A DNA stretch of 64,000 nt from Candidatus Collierbacteria bacterium (GTDB lineage Bacteria > Patescibacteriota > Microgenomatia > UBA1400 > MFAQ01): assembly GCA_903884375.1 (NCBI GenBank), contig CAISER010000041.1, positions 9,164 through 73,163 of the forward strand. Reading direction: 5' to 3'. The first letter of the stretch is position 1, and every line of letters begins with the position of its first letter. The notes beneath the pieces were generated by a model. That model was not told where the DNA came from. It ran no database searches and saw only the letters and a list, made by a program, of their open reading frames with translations. A program made the position numbers and the translations under genes. Positions 37,237 to 50,088 of the stretch are shown one piece after another.

Positions 37237-38104
37237 AGACAAGATATTATTGTTATTGGGTGGTGTTTTCCTGTTTATTTTGATTGGATTATTATTTTAT
37301 GACGTAACCAGAAAAGGAATATTCAGTAAAGAAATAGGATTAAATATTGCTGTGATAGGGGATAGTGAAGTTAATGTATTACTATTAAGACCTGAAGAAG
37401 GAGTGGTGGAATGGATTAAATTGCCAAATAATATTAAAACAAAAATCTATAATTCTGATGCCCGTTATCCAATTATTTCTTTATGGAATTATGGTGTTTC
37501 AGAAAAAAATCCTTTCGAAATTTTGGAAAAATCTTTAGGCCAATCTATGGGTATTATTATTGCAAAAACAATTAAATTAAATGATGGTTCATTAATTGAA
37601 ACTGTTCTAGGTAAGTTGTATCAGCTTAGTTTGATTACAGATTTGAGTATTCGAGATAGAATCTTGATAAGAAATTTCCTGGCAGATGCTATAAATTCAA
37701 AAAAGATTTTAGAATATTCTGTTCCGGAAATGGCATTTGATAGAGTGATTGATCCAGACGGAAAAGAGTTTTTAGAATTTAATCAGTTAGTAAATTTATG
37801 GACAAAAAATAAATTTGTTATAGAAGCAATACTTAATGAAAATGCTGACATCTCAATAAATAATGTATCAGGTGTTGCTGGTAAAGGAAATATACTGGCA
37901 AATCAATTAGAGTCTACAGGGATGCACGTTATTGAATTAAAGGCAGATGCGAATGAACAGATTGAGGGTCAAGGGTGTTTGTTTAACACACAAAAGAATT
38001 TTAAAACAACAGAAATAGTTTTAAATGATTTATTGAAGTGTACAAAGATACCGGCACCTTCTTTTGTAGAAAATAAAGAAGGAATAAGCGTTTGGATAAA
38101 ATAG
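37220..38104 (+). CDS. membrane-anchored LCP/LytR-C-like protein
   Basis: N-terminal TM; C-terminal ISINNVSGVAGKG...L...G resembles LytR_C. Confidence 0.55.
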   Translation: MKASIKDKILLLLGGVFLFILIGLLFYDVTRKGIFSKEIGLNIAVIGDSEVNVLLLRPEEGVVEWIKLPNNIKTKIYNSDARYPIISLWNYGVSEKNPFEILEKSLGQSMGIIIAKTIKLNDGSLIETVLGKLYQLSLITDLSIRDRILIRNFLADAINSKKILEYSVPEMAFDRVIDPDGKEFLEFNQLVNLWTKNKFVIEAILNENADISINNVSGVAGKGNILANQLESTGMHVIELKADANEQIEGQGCLFNTQKNFKTTEIVLNDLLKCTKIPAPSFVENKEGISVWIK

Positions 38105-38106
38105 TT

Positions 38107-38826
38107 TTAGATTTCTTCTCCCATGAGAGGATCGTATATTTCAAGTGGTGGTAGTTCGCTGGATTCTCCAGCAGATAAAGTAGGTAAGAGTTCGCTTTCA
38201 TCAAGAGGAAAAGAGGGGATTCCCTTTAACCGTTTTGATGCGTGTGTTTCGGCGATGAAAACTTGAGGGGTTTTAGGGTTAACTGATTTCATCACAGTTT
38301 TGTATTTATACCCAGATCTTAATAGTTGAAGTAAACGATGAGAAATATTATCAGGTAGATAACCAATAAAGATATCTTTTTGGTCAATAACTTTAACTTT
38401 ATGTTTGCAATGTCCCAATTCGACGGGTTCACCAATATTTAGTGTTGAAAAAACTTTTGGTTCGGCTTGATTAACGAGAGGAACTACCTTTGATTTTCCA
38501 GGTTCTTCAATGAAACTTACAGTTTGAATAAACGGATTAAGAAGGCCTGATGCTTTATTTGATTTAAGACGGGCTATATTATTTTTAGCAATCTGATTGT
38601 GTGAATCGATTTCAATAACCTTAGAAAATCTTTCTTCTGCTTTTTTGTTTTTTCCAATCATGGAATAAGAGATGCCTAAACGGTTTAAGGTCGGAATATC
38701 GTTGGGATATGTTTCTAATATTTTTTCATTTATTTCAATTGCTTCTTCCCAATTTTTGTTTACGGCAGCTTTTATAGCTTCTTGTTGTAAATCGTGCGTT
38801 GAATCATTGTTCATGCTGGAAGCCAT
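38107..38826 (-). CDS. TPR-containing protein
   Basis: WEEAIEINEKIL...TLNRLG...A...F...N-x-IA repeats; FIEEPGK; start uncertain. Confidence 0.8.
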   Translation of the reverse strand: MASSMNNDSTHDLQQEAIKAAVNKNWEEAIEINEKILETYPNDIPTLNRLGISYSMIGKNKKAEERFSKVIEIDSHNQIAKNNIARLKSNKASGLLNPFIQTVSFIEEPGKSKVVPLVNQAEPKVFSTLNIGEPVELGHCKHKVKVIDQKDIFIGYLPDNISHRLLQLLRSGYKYKTVMKSVNPKTPQVFIAETHASKRLKGIPSFPLDESELLPTLSAGESSELPPLEIYDPLMGEEI

Positions 38827-38882
38827 ATTAATGATAAATATGTCTAATGTCAAGCTGGAGTTTGTTTGGTAGAATTAAAGAC

Positions 38883-39410
38883 ATGTCCGGTCATTCCAAA
38901 TGGTCAACCATTAAACACCAAAAGGCGATTGAGGATAATAAACGTGGAGCTGTTTTTACAAAAATTGCGAAAAAGATTCATATAGCTGTCAAAAAAGGCG
39001 GTTCTGGTGATATAAATAGTAATCCTTTTCTAAGAGCTTGTGTCGATGAGGCAAGAGCAGTGAATATGCCGATGGAAAATATTAAGAGGGCTGTTGATAA
39101 AGGATTAGGTATTGGTGGGGTGGATAATTCAGAAGAAATACTCTATGAAGCATATAGTCGAGAGGGAGTCGGTATTTTAATTACTGCAGTCACAGATAAC
39201 CGTAACCGAACTGCGTCTGAATTAAATTTGGTGTTAAACAAACATGAAGCAAAGTTGGGAGGCCCCGGGTCGGTTTCATATATGAAAACAATTTCACCCT
39301 TACCGTTAATCAAACTTGATGAATTGTCAAAAGAGAATGTTGAAGCTCTTTTGGAAGCATTATCGAGTCTTGATGACGTGGTTGAAGTTTGGTCGAATAT
39401 TGATAAATAA
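38883..39410 (+). CDS. yebC: YebC/PmpR family protein (internally shortened)
   Basis: MSGHSKWSTIKH, NIKRA, YE, TDNRNRT, DDVVEVWSN. Confidence 0.93.
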   Translation: MSGHSKWSTIKHQKAIEDNKRGAVFTKIAKKIHIAVKKGGSGDINSNPFLRACVDEARAVNMPMENIKRAVDKGLGIGGVDNSEEILYEAYSREGVGILITAVTDNRNRTASELNLVLNKHEAKLGGPGSVSYMKTISPLPLIKLDELSKENVEALLEALSSLDDVVEVWSNIDK

Positions 39411-39411
39411 A

Positions 39412-40236
39412 ATGTCAAAAAGAACAAAATTTATTTTAGTGAGTACGCTGATTGCTTTCTTATTGTGGCTTACCAGTTTGGCACAAGTAGATTATCGTTT
39501 TGGTTTTGTTTTGGCAATCGCAGCAATATCTTACGTACTTTCTGTTTGGGTGTTATTTGATGATTTAAAAGGGATTGAGTGGATTACTTTAATAATATTA
39601 CCAATGATGTTTACTTTAGGCGCGGGATTGTTTTCTAACTTTCTTCCAAGCGCTTTTCCGGGAATGTTTGGAAAAAATTTATCAGTAGAATCATCACAAT
39701 TATTAGCAGGTATTTTTAAGATTATTTACTTTTTACTTTTCGGATTAGGCTTTTATGGTATTTTATTGATTGAAAATATATTCTCTGTCGCTTCAATCAG
39801 AACAATTCAGTTATTTAGGGCAGCCCGTTCTGTAAACTTTATTTTGACTCTTGTAACATCACTATTTTTCTTTACCGTTGCTTTAAGTTTAAAATTAGCA
39901 TTTTGGTGGGTTATTCCAATTTCTTTCGCTGTGTCATTCGTATTAGCTTATCCTAGTCTTTGGAGTGTTGATTTAAAGAATAATTTTGGGCCGGAAGTTT
40001 TAAGGTATGCTATTTCTTCCAGTTGGATAATAGCAACACTTTCAGGAGTATTATGCTTTTGGCCAATCAAACCGTTTATGGGAGGATTAATTTTAACTTC
40101 TGGTTTATATGCTTTGTTCGGCATTTTTGAACAAAGATTGTCTAATAGGGTATACCTAGAAAGCCTTTTGGAGTATGGGGTGACCGTATTAATCATAATT
40201 ACGGTTGGTTTCTTAACGACTTCTTGGGTTGGATAA
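39412..40236 (+). CDS. multi-pass membrane protein
   Basis: about 8-9 TM segments; ENIFSVASIRTIQLFRAA loop. Confidence 0.75.
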   Translation: MSKRTKFILVSTLIAFLLWLTSLAQVDYRFGFVLAIAAISYVLSVWVLFDDLKGIEWITLIILPMMFTLGAGLFSNFLPSAFPGMFGKNLSVESSQLLAGIFKIIYFLLFGLGFYGILLIENIFSVASIRTIQLFRAARSVNFILTLVTSLFFFTVALSLKLAFWWVIPISFAVSFVLAYPSLWSVDLKNNFGPEVLRYAISSSWIIATLSGVLCFWPIKPFMGGLILTSGLYALFGIFEQRLSNRVYLESLLEYGVTVLIIITVGFLTTSWVG

Positions 40237-40308
40237 CGAGACTAGTTAAATATTAAATTGAGTAAATATATTAATATTTTCGAATGGAGAGGTTAAAAGG
40301 GGAGAAGT

Positions 40309-40359
40309 CCTATAATATACAGCCTATAATAACTATCCTATAATAACTAACCCATAATA
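40309..40359. repeat. four tandem 14-bp units, consensus CCTATAATAACTA(N)
   Basis: units start at 40309, 40323, 40337 and 40351. Confidence 0.85.
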
Positions 40360-40398
40360 GTTTTCACGAAAAAGGAAAGTTTTCACAAAAATTGGCAG

Positions 40399-41131
40399 TA
40401 TTGTGGATAACTTGCTAGGTGAGTGGGTTTGATATAGTTGCCAAAATAATGAAGAAAACACGGCAACCCCAGGCAAAGACAGAGGTAGGGTTTTTGATTA
40501 TTTAATTTATTGTCTAAAATCGATGATAATCATTTTTAGATACTTATCAGGGAGTAGTAGTAATAGTTGCTTTACACTTCCCCGTTTTAGTTTTTGGTTA
40601 AGGAAGAGAAGAATGATTTATGATATGTCGCACAATAACACTTTTGCGACGTAATCTATAATGCAAGGTTCAACAAGGTGTTGATTCGCTCTCAATATTT
40701 TTATGTAGATAATCCCGAATAGATTTCGTTTACGGCTCCCCTGTGCTTTATAGACCACTATTCTTTTAGTATTTGTGTCTATTAGCCATATTTTGTAGTT
40801 ATCCATAGATAAACCCGAAAAGTTGAGGCTATTGGTCCATGATAACTTACCCACAAAAAGTTCCAGAAACCGTTTTAGGGGCATTGTAGGGACCGATATT
40901 TTTAGTGATTTTGAATAACATTTATTGATTCTTTAATAAAGTAAAGAGTATCAATATTTGCATTTATTTTTATTATTTACGCTTTAATTAAATAAATTGA
41001 CTTTAAATTATCTAATTTTATTTATATTTTATTTGTTATCGATTTTATTTATAAATTATTGTTTCGGAATTATATTTTATTTTAAAAAATATTCCCGTAT
41101 ATTAATTTAAGTTTTATATTGTGGATAACTT
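40399..41131. promoter_or_regulatory. DnaA-box cluster with AT-rich tract (oriC candidate)
   Basis: perfect TGTGGATAA at 40402 and 41120; one-mismatch TTATCCATA at 40799 and TTACCCACA at 40847; very AT-rich ~40910-41120. Confidence 0.6.
40625..40652. other. dif-like Xer site (11-6-11 palindrome)
   Basis: ATGTCGCACAA-TAACAC-TTTTGCGACGT; arm repeated as ACGTCGCACAA at 41325, just before xer. Confidence 0.6.
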
Positions 41132-41352
41132 TAGTCTCTGATAACTGCTTGTTTTTATTGATTCTCCCCTAGCTCTTATCCCCTATTTTCCACGGTGTGA
41201 AAAATAGGCGATTATTATGTGCTAAATATTATTTGTAATAATGATTACCACTGAGATTAGGTAAAGAGATACAAACAAGTGTTTTTATTAGTCATTAGCA
41301 GTTATTTGTGATGCAGACAGATTAACGTCGCACAATAATTTCTGATATTATT

Positions 41353-42306
41353 ATGTTGATGGCCAAGAAACAAGCTTCGGATTTAACTTTAAGAATCCAT
41401 ATACGAAGATACTTAGGTTTTATAGAAGTGGAAAAGAACTACAGCAAATTTACAATTCGTAACTACTCACACTATCTTAAAGTTTTTCGCGATTGGTTTG
41501 AAAAACATTACTCCCAAGAATATGTTGAAAAGTTAACCAGTGAAATGGTTAGGAGATATCGATTATATTTAGCACGGTTTGAAGACCCCAAAGGGAAAAG
41601 ACTTTCCCCTACCACTCAAAGTTATTACGTTATTTCCCTACGGGCTTTTTTAAAATATTGCGCTAAAAAAGGTATAAAGACTCTGTCTTCCGAAAAAGTG
41701 GATTTACCAAAGAGTGAGGGTCACCAAATTAAATTTTTAGACAGAGAACAAGTTGAACGTCTATTGACATCTCCGGATACATCAACGATGTCTGGGTTAA
41801 GAGATAGAACGATTTTAGAGGTATTATTTAGTACCGGACTACGTGTATCTGAGTTGGCGAAACTTGATATCGACAAAATAGATTTAAAACAAAGAGAGTT
41901 TGGTATTATTGGAAAAGGAAGAAGATCAAGAGTGGTATTTTTAACTAATCGTTGTACTGATTGGCTGGATAAATATTTATCGACAAGAACTGATCCTTAT
42001 AGAGCACTTTGGATTAGAATTCCAAAAAAAGGTGAATGGGATCCGGCTATGGGTGGAGAAAGAGCAAGATTATCGATTAGAGGGATTCAGCGAATTGTAG
42101 AAAAATATCGACGAATGGCAGGTTTGCCTATAAAAGTGAGCCCCCACGTTTTGCGCCATAGTTTTGCCACAACTCTTCTTCAGCAAGGTGCCGATTTACG
42201 TAGTGTTCAAGAAATGTTGGGGCACAAAAATGTAGCTACCACTCAGATATATACGCATGTAACTAATCCCCAACTAAAGCAAATCCACGATAGGTATTTG
42301 AAATAA
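41353..42306 (+). CDS. Xer-family tyrosine recombinase
   Basis: RDRTILEVLFSTGLRVSEL, GKGRRSR, SPHVLRHSFAT, GADLRSVQEMLGH, TTQIYTHV. Confidence 0.95.
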   Translation: MLMAKKQASDLTLRIHIRRYLGFIEVEKNYSKFTIRNYSHYLKVFRDWFEKHYSQEYVEKLTSEMVRRYRLYLARFEDPKGKRLSPTTQSYYVISLRAFLKYCAKKGIKTLSSEKVDLPKSEGHQIKFLDREQVERLLTSPDTSTMSGLRDRTILEVLFSTGLRVSELAKLDIDKIDLKQREFGIIGKGRRSRVVFLTNRCTDWLDKYLSTRTDPYRALWIRIPKKGEWDPAMGGERARLSIRGIQRIVEKYRRMAGLPIKVSPHVLRHSFATTLLQQGADLRSVQEMLGHKNVATTQIYTHVTNPQLKQIHDRYLK

Positions 42307-42308
42307 TG

Positions 42309-44966
42309 TTATTCTTCTTCTGAGTCAGACACTGTTGTTACAGCGGCAACATTATCTCCTTCTTTGGCAAAACGCATCAAAATTACTCCTTGAGTGGCTC
42401 GTCCTAAACGGGGAATGTTTTTGATTGGTAGCTTGATGGCTTGACCTTGAGAGGTAGTAATCAGAAGCACTTCCGAGTCTTGGTCAACAAGAAGTGCACC
42501 TGCTAGTTTGCCTGTTTTATCGGTAGTTTCACATACCTTTAGTCCTTGACCGGAGCGGTTTTGTACAGGATATTCGGGAAGAGGAGTGCGTTTTCCCATA
42601 CCGTTTTCTGTGACAACAAGTAAATCGCGGAATAGTTTGATTCGCTTGTCGGTGGAAGTTGGTTCTTCCGGAGGAAAGACATCCATGGAAATGACATAGT
42701 CGGCTCCTTTGAGTAGAATTCCCCTTACTCCTTGAGTATCTCTATCCGTAGGGCGGACATCGCTTTCGTGGAAGCGGATTGATTTCCCCTCTTTGGAGAC
42801 AAGAAGTATATGATCTGAACCGGAGGTTTGATTTACCCAAACTAGATTATCATGATCTTGAAGTTTTATAGCAATTAAACCATTGCTTTTAATATTTTCA
42901 TATTTTGAAAGAGCAGTACGTTTGACAACCCCTGCCTTGGTAGTAAAGAAAAGGAAACAATTTTTTTCAACCTCTTTGGGCATTGGTAAAATGCTTTTGA
43001 TGGTTTCATCTGTATCGATGTTAATAAGATTAATGATGGCTTGTCCTTTACTAATCCTTGTTCCTTCGGGAAGCTCCCAGACTTTAAGAGCAAATACCTT
43101 TCCCTTACTGGAAAAGACCAGTAACCGATCGTGGGTGTTGGCGTTGGTTAAGAGTTGAATTTCATCAGTGTCTTTTATGGTCATTCCGGAAACACCCTTT
43201 CCTCCCCTCTTTTGTGTTCGAAAAGTGGAAAGAGGCATACGTTTTATATAACCGGATTTGGTTAGTGTAACAATGGTTTCCTCAGAAGGAATTAAATCTT
43301 CTTCTGATAATGATCCGGGAGCTGTAGCTACTATTTGTGTTCTTCTCTTCTCTGAGTACTCCGCTGCAAGTTTGTTTAACTCATCTTTTATTATTTGAAA
43401 AACCTTTTTAGGATCTTTGAGAACGGCAACTAACTTTTCGATGGTCTTCATTAATTCTTGATACTCAGCCTCAATTTTTTGTCTTTCAAGTGCTGCCAAG
43501 CGACGAAGCTGCATTTCCAAGATGGCATTGGCTTGTATTTCCGTTAAAGCAAATTTGTCACATAAATTTTTTCTGGCTGTATCACTATCGGGACTCTTTT
43601 TTATTGTTTCAATTACTTCATCAATATTAGCCAAAGCTTTGAGTAAACCTTCCAAAATATGAGCTCTGTCTTTGGCAGATTTCAATTCAAACTGTGAGCG
43701 GCGTACAACTACCATTTGCCTATGGGCAGTAAATTCCATCAGAATTTGTTTGAGATTAAGTAGGTGTGGTGTACCGTCAGATGTGAGGGCGACAACATTT
43801 GCAGGAAAACTGGTTTGTAGTTCAGTGTGCTTGTAAAGATTGTTGAGAACACTATTTGGTTTGGCGTCTTTTTTGAGATCAACGGCAATGGTCATTCCTT
43901 TTCGGTCGGACTCGTCTCTTAAATCAGCAATTCCTTCAATGCGTTTCTTTTTAACCAACTCAGCAATGTCCGTGATGAGTTTTGCTTTGTTTACTTGATA
44001 TGGGAGTTCGGTTATTAGAATTTGGAATCTACCGTTTTTCTTTTCAACTATTTCTGCGACTCCTCTAACGGTGATACTGGCCTTGCCTGTTGAATATAGT
44101 TTTTTGATTTCATTGGTGTCATATATGATACCGGCTGTAGGAAAATCTGGACCTTTGATGTGTTGACATAATTCATCAATTTCAATATTGGACTCTAGTA
44201 TTCCGATAAGATTTTTATATTTTGTGGAATGCAGCTCATTATCATCAACATCGGTTGTCTGAGATACTTTACTTTTGTCGATTAAAGCATTAATAGCACT
44301 AACAACTTCAAGAAGATTGTGTGGTGGAATTTTTGTAGCCATACCTACGGCGATACCGTCTGAACCCATGAGTAAGAGATTGGGAAGTTTGGCCGGAAGA
44401 ACAAGGGGCTCTTGCTGGGAACCATCAAAATTATCTACAAAATCAACAGTATTTTTATCAATATCTTCAAGTAACTCTCCAGCTATTTTGGATAGACGTG
44501 CTTCGGTATAACGCATGGCTGCTGCAGAGTCCCCATCTATACTGCCAAAATTACCTTGTCCGTCAATAAGAGGATAACGCATGGAGAAATCTTGAGCCAA
44601 ACGAACCATGGTTTGATAAACAGCTGTATCACCATGGGGGTGATACTTGCCTAATACCTCACCAACGATTCTGGCTGATTTTTTGTAGGCACTTTTGTGT
44701 GTAATACCCATGTCTTTCATGGCATAAAGAACGCGACGATGAACAGGTTTTAAACCATCACGGATATCAGGTAGAGCACGAGAAACAATGACAGACATAG
44801 CGTAGTCTAAGTAACTACGTTCCATTTCATCAATAATAGGAGCATTTTTGATAATGCCCCACTCAGTTTGAGTGTCAGGAATTAACGCAGGAGCAACTCG
44901 ATCGTCTGATGAGACGATGGAGGTGCTGTTATTTATTGGTTGATTTTCTTCGTTTTTGTCTTCCAT
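42309..44966 (-). CDS. gyrA: DNA gyrase subunit A
   Basis: [21 protein letters not shown], GyrA box QKRGGKG, beta-pinwheel repeats. Confidence 0.97.
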   Translation of the reverse strand: MEDKNEENQPINNSTSIVSSDDRVAPALIPDTQTEWGIIKNAPIIDEMERSYLDYAMSVIVSRALPDIRDGLKPVHRRVLYAMKDMGITHKSAYKKSARIVGEVLGKYHPHGDTAVYQTMVRLAQDFSMRYPLIDGQGNFGSIDGDSAAAMRYTEARLSKIAGELLEDIDKNTVDFVDNFDGSQQEPLVLPAKLPNLLLMGSDGIAVGMATKIPPHNLLEVVSAINALIDKSKVSQTTDVDDNELHSTKYKNLIGILESNIEIDELCQHIKGPDFPTAGIIYDTNEIKKLYSTGKASITVRGVAEIVEKKNGRFQILITELPYQVNKAKLITDIAELVKKKRIEGIADLRDESDRKGMTIAVDLKKDAKPNSVLNNLYKHTELQTSFPANVVALTSDGTPHLLNLKQILMEFTAHRQMVVVRRSQFELKSAKDRAHILEGLLKALANIDEVIETIKKSPDSDTARKNLCDKFALTEIQANAILEMQLRRLAALERQKIEAEYQELMKTIEKLVAVLKDPKKVFQIIKDELNKLAAEYSEKRRTQIVATAPGSLSEEDLIPSEETIVTLTKSGYIKRMPLSTFRTQKRGGKGVSGMTIKDTDEIQLLTNANTHDRLLVFSSKGKVFALKVWELPEGTRISKGQAIINLINIDTDETIKSILPMPKEVEKNCFLFFTTKAGVVKRTALSKYENIKSNGLIAIKLQDHDNLVWVNQTSGSDHILLVSKEGKSIRFHESDVRPTDRDTQGVRGILLKGADYVISMDVFPPEEPTSTDKRIKLFRDLLVVTENGMGKRTPLPEYPVQNRSGQGLKVCETTDKTGKLAGALLVDQDSEVLLITTSQGQAIKLPIKNIPRLGRATQGVILMRFAKEGDNVAAVTTVSDSEEE

Positions 44967-44967
44967 T

Positions 44968-45504
44968 TTATTTTTGAAAATGTTGGTGGTAATTTTCGAT
45001 GGCTTCTGAAAGTTTTATTTCTGCTTCATCTTTGGAAAAATATCCATCGATATCAACCCATTTACCAGGCTCTATTATTTTATAGTTTTTGTAAAAATAT
45101 TGGATATTACTTTTTGTTTTTTGATCAAGATCTTCAACGGTATTAATTTTGCTGTAAATGGGATTGGTTTCTGAGTTTGGAATTGTAATTAATTTTGTAT
45201 CTGTCCCCTTTTCATCGATGGTTGCCAACAAACCAATAATTTTTGACTCAATTACCTTCCCTGTGTCAAGTTGTAAGGAACTTAAAACGACGGCATCAAG
45301 CGGGTCATTATCTTTGCTCCACGTTTCCGGGACAAAACCGTAATTAAATGGGAATGATAACTCTGTTGATAAAACCCGATCAACTAAAAACTCTTCTTTG
45401 TTAATGTCGTATTCAATTTTTGATTTTGAACCGTTGGGAATTTCAATAACGACATTAATTAATGAGTCTTTCCCGTGCGCTTTAATTGAGTGAAGTAGGT
45501 TCAT
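44968..45504 (-). CDS. ppa: family I inorganic pyrophosphatase
   Basis: [36 protein letters not shown]. Confidence 0.93.
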   Translation of the reverse strand: MNLLHSIKAHGKDSLINVVIEIPNGSKSKIEYDINKEEFLVDRVLSTELSFPFNYGFVPETWSKDNDPLDAVVLSSLQLDTGKVIESKIIGLLATIDEKGTDTKLITIPNSETNPIYSKINTVEDLDQKTKSNIQYFYKNYKIIEPGKWVDIDGYFSKDEAEIKLSEAIENYHQHFQK

Positions 45505-45505
45505 T

Positions 45506-47491
<1,986 letters not shown>

Positions 47492-47570
47492 TTAAATATT
47501 TATCAGTTGCGGCTTCATTTTAATCGTAATCCACTAACACATCAAGTACATCTGTTTGTACAATAAACTA

Positions 47571-48200
47571 ATGTTACCAAAGATTATAGTGATCGGTACA
47601 GAAGAAAAAGAGCAAATATATTCTGATTTGGGTTTGTCTTCTGGTTCGACAATGGAATTTGAAGGGGTTGGCGGGAAAATTGATGAGCTTCGTCGTTTTG
47701 TTAATTTTAGTATCAATGTTTCTGTCGGATTTTCAAATTTTAATTTATTAATTTGGAATGCGGACAGACTTTCACCTGAGTGTCAAACAGTTTTACTAAA
47801 ACCACTTGAAGAATCCGCAGACAATTATTGTTTAATTTTGCTTGTGACTAATGAAAACGGCTTGATCCCAACGATTTTGTCCCGTTGTGTGGTATCAAAT
47901 TTGAGGAAGTTAAAGGCAATAAAATCCAATTATTGGAAAAATATACTAGAGTGTTTCGCAAAAGGTCCAGCAAAATGTTTAGCCTTAGCAGATGAATTGG
48001 ATAAAGTGGAAATGGAAAAAGTGCTTGAGGAGGTTATTGACAAACTAAAAGCCGGGTTAGCCAATGAGGTAAACAAAAATAGGTTAAAAATTCTAAAATT
48101 AGCGATTGATTGCTTGGCAAAAATTAGATTTACTAATGTTAATGCCAAACTGGCCTTTGGAAATTTTTTGATCTATTCTTGGAGATTGATAAAGACATAA
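47571..48200 (+). CDS. degenerate DNA polymerase III delta'-like clamp-loader subunit
   Basis: ADRLSPECQTVLLKPLEE, LIPTILSRC, NVNAKLA; no Walker A or zinc module visible. Confidence 0.7.
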   Translation: MLPKIIVIGTEEKEQIYSDLGLSSGSTMEFEGVGGKIDELRRFVNFSINVSVGFSNFNLLIWNADRLSPECQTVLLKPLEESADNYCLILLVTNENGLIPTILSRCVVSNLRKLKAIKSNYWKNILECFAKGPAKCLALADELDKVEMEKVLEEVIDKLKAGLANEVNKNRLKILKLAIDCLAKIRFTNVNAKLAFGNFLIYSWRLIKT

Positions 48201-48327
48201 ATATTTTTACAGCAATTCTTTCGCTTAAATTATTTAGCTACGTTTAGTGAATACTCATTATCAAACAAACTTTATTACGATGCTTAAATAGAGTTAATTT
48301 CTGTTTGCAAAATGCTATAGTTTATAT

Positions 48328-50088
48328 ATGGATTATCAGGAAACTGCCCTACTGGATTATCTTCTTTCGTCGGGAAAATTAACGGAAGAGTTAGTGGAGA
48401 GTCTAAAGATTGAAGCTGCAACTTTAGGAAAAAGTTTGACTGAGTTGCTATTGGAAAAAAGATTGGTGGACCAAAGGGGCTTGGCTGAAGCAAAAGCAAA
48501 AGTGTTAGGCATTCCTTTTTTTGCTGAAAGTAAAATATCGGCAGATCCGGAACTTTTAAGTTTGATTTCTGTTGATTTGGCTCGAACATATCAAGTTGTC
48601 CCTTATACTCTCGACAAACAGGGCAAAATATTAAGTTTGATAATGGTAAAGCCAGAAGAACTGTCGACGGTGGATTTTTTTCAAAAAAGAACTGGGTATG
48701 CAATTAAATCGCTATTGACATCGAAAGAGAATCTTGACAACTTGATAGCCAATGTTTATAGCCAAAGCTTATCCGGAGAAATATCCGGGGTATTAAAAAG
48801 AGGAAAAGAAGGGCCTGAAGACGAGGGCGTCCGTCTGGTAACAGCAGATACAATTTCACAAATTATTAAAGAACCAAAAATTGTTGAGATTGTTCGTAAA
48901 ATATTGGAACATGCAATACGCTTACGTGCTTCGGATATTCATATTGAACCAATGGAAAATATTACTCGGGTGCGTTATCGTATTGATGGTATTTTGGAAG
49001 AAAAACTAACACTTGATAAAGATTATCACGCGTCTTTGATTTCCCGTATCAAAATTTTGTCAGGAATGAAGATTGATGAAAAACGTGTTCCACAAGATGG
49101 CCGTTTTAATTTTCAATCTGAATGGGGTGAGGTTGATTTACGTATTTCTTCCCTACCAACTGTTAATGGAGAAAAAATTGTAATGCGTCTTCTTAAAAAA
49201 ACAGATAAAGTGCCAACACTGTCCGAGCTTGGACTTCGTGGAAAGGCGCTTACAACATTGGAAGAAGCGATTCGTATCCCTCACGGCATTATTTTGGCTA
49301 CAGGACCGACCGGTTCAGGAAAAACTACGACTCTTTATTCAATTTTAACCATGGTTAATTCACCAAAGGTAAATATTGTGGCTTTGGAAGATCCAGTTGA
49401 GTACCAAATCGGCGGAGTAAATCAAGTTCAAATTAATCCTCAAGCTGGTTTGACTTTCGCTTCCGGTTTACGTTCTTTTCTTAGACAAGATCCAAATATC
49501 ATTATGGTTGGTGAAATTCGTGATGAAGAAACAGCTCAATTGGCAGTTCAAGCTTCGCTTACCGGCCATCTTGTGTTTTCAACAGTACATACCAATTCCG
49601 CTGCCGGTGCTCTCCCCCGTTTGCTAGATATGGGTGCAGAACCATTTTTACTATCTTCATCAATGACAGCCGTGATTGGGCAGCGTGTTTTGCGTACAGT
49701 GTGCGATAAGTGTAAAACAGCATATGTACCAGAAACAAACGTTATCGATGATATTAAAGAGGTGTTGGGTAAATTGCTTGATGGGTGGATTAAATCAAAT
49801 CCAATAAAAGCTGCAGAAGCACAAAAAAACAATACTCCTTTTATGTTATATAAAGGATCCGGATGTGATAAATGTGGCGGGTCAGGATATTATGGAAGAA
49901 TCGGTATTTATGAAGTACTTAGAGTTACAGACAAAATAGCTAAGCTTATTATGGAAAGAGCTGACGCAACAACAGTAGAAACAGCTTCAAAAGACGACGG
50001 AATGATTATTATGAAACAAGACGGATATCTAAAAGTGTTAGACGGAGTAACCTCTTTGGAAGAAGTTATTAGAGTAGCACAGGTGTAA
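48328..50088 (+). CDS. pilB: type IV pilus assembly ATPase
   Basis: ASDIHIEP, PQDGR, GPTGSGKTTT, LRQDPNIIMVGEIRD, LTGHLV, CxxC pairs. Confidence 0.93.
   Translation: MDYQETALLDYLLSSGKLTEELVESLKIEAATLGKSLTELLLEKRLVDQRGLAEAKAKVLGIPFFAESKISADPELLSLISVDLARTYQVVPYTLDKQGKILSLIMVKPEELSTVDFFQKRTGYAIKSLLTSKENLDNLIANVYSQSLSGEISGVLKRGKEGPEDEGVRLVTADTISQIIKEPKIVEIVRKILEHAIRLRASDIHIEPMENITRVRYRIDGILEEKLTLDKDYHASLISRIKILSGMKIDEKRVPQDGRFNFQSEWGEVDLRISSLPTVNGEKIVMRLLKKTDKVPTLSELGLRGKALTTLEEAIRIPHGIILATGPTGSGKTTTLYSILTMVNSPKVNIVALEDPVEYQIGGVNQVQINPQAGLTFASGLRSFLRQDPNIIMVGEIRDEETAQLAVQASLTGHLVFSTVHTNSAAGALPRLLDMGAEPFLLSSSMTAVIGQRVLRTVCDKCKTAYVPETNVIDDIKEVLGKLLDGWIKSNPIKAAEAQKNNTPFMLYKGSGCDKCGGSGYYGRIGIYEVLRVTDKIAKLIMERADATTVETASKDDGMIIMKQDGYLKVLDGVTSLEEVIRVAQV

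Noticed and set aside
40553-40567. TAGTAGTAATAG as DnaA-trios
   Set aside because: Not adjacent to a properly oriented DnaA box; too weak to call.
40618-40884. 88-aa minus-strand ORF in the long intergenic region
   Set aside because: No recognisable motif or start signal; it overlaps the dif-like site and DnaA boxes.
41353-42306. Xer gene as the integrase of a second island
   Set aside because: Flanks are housekeeping genes, the motifs are XerC/D-like and no cargo or att duplication is visible.
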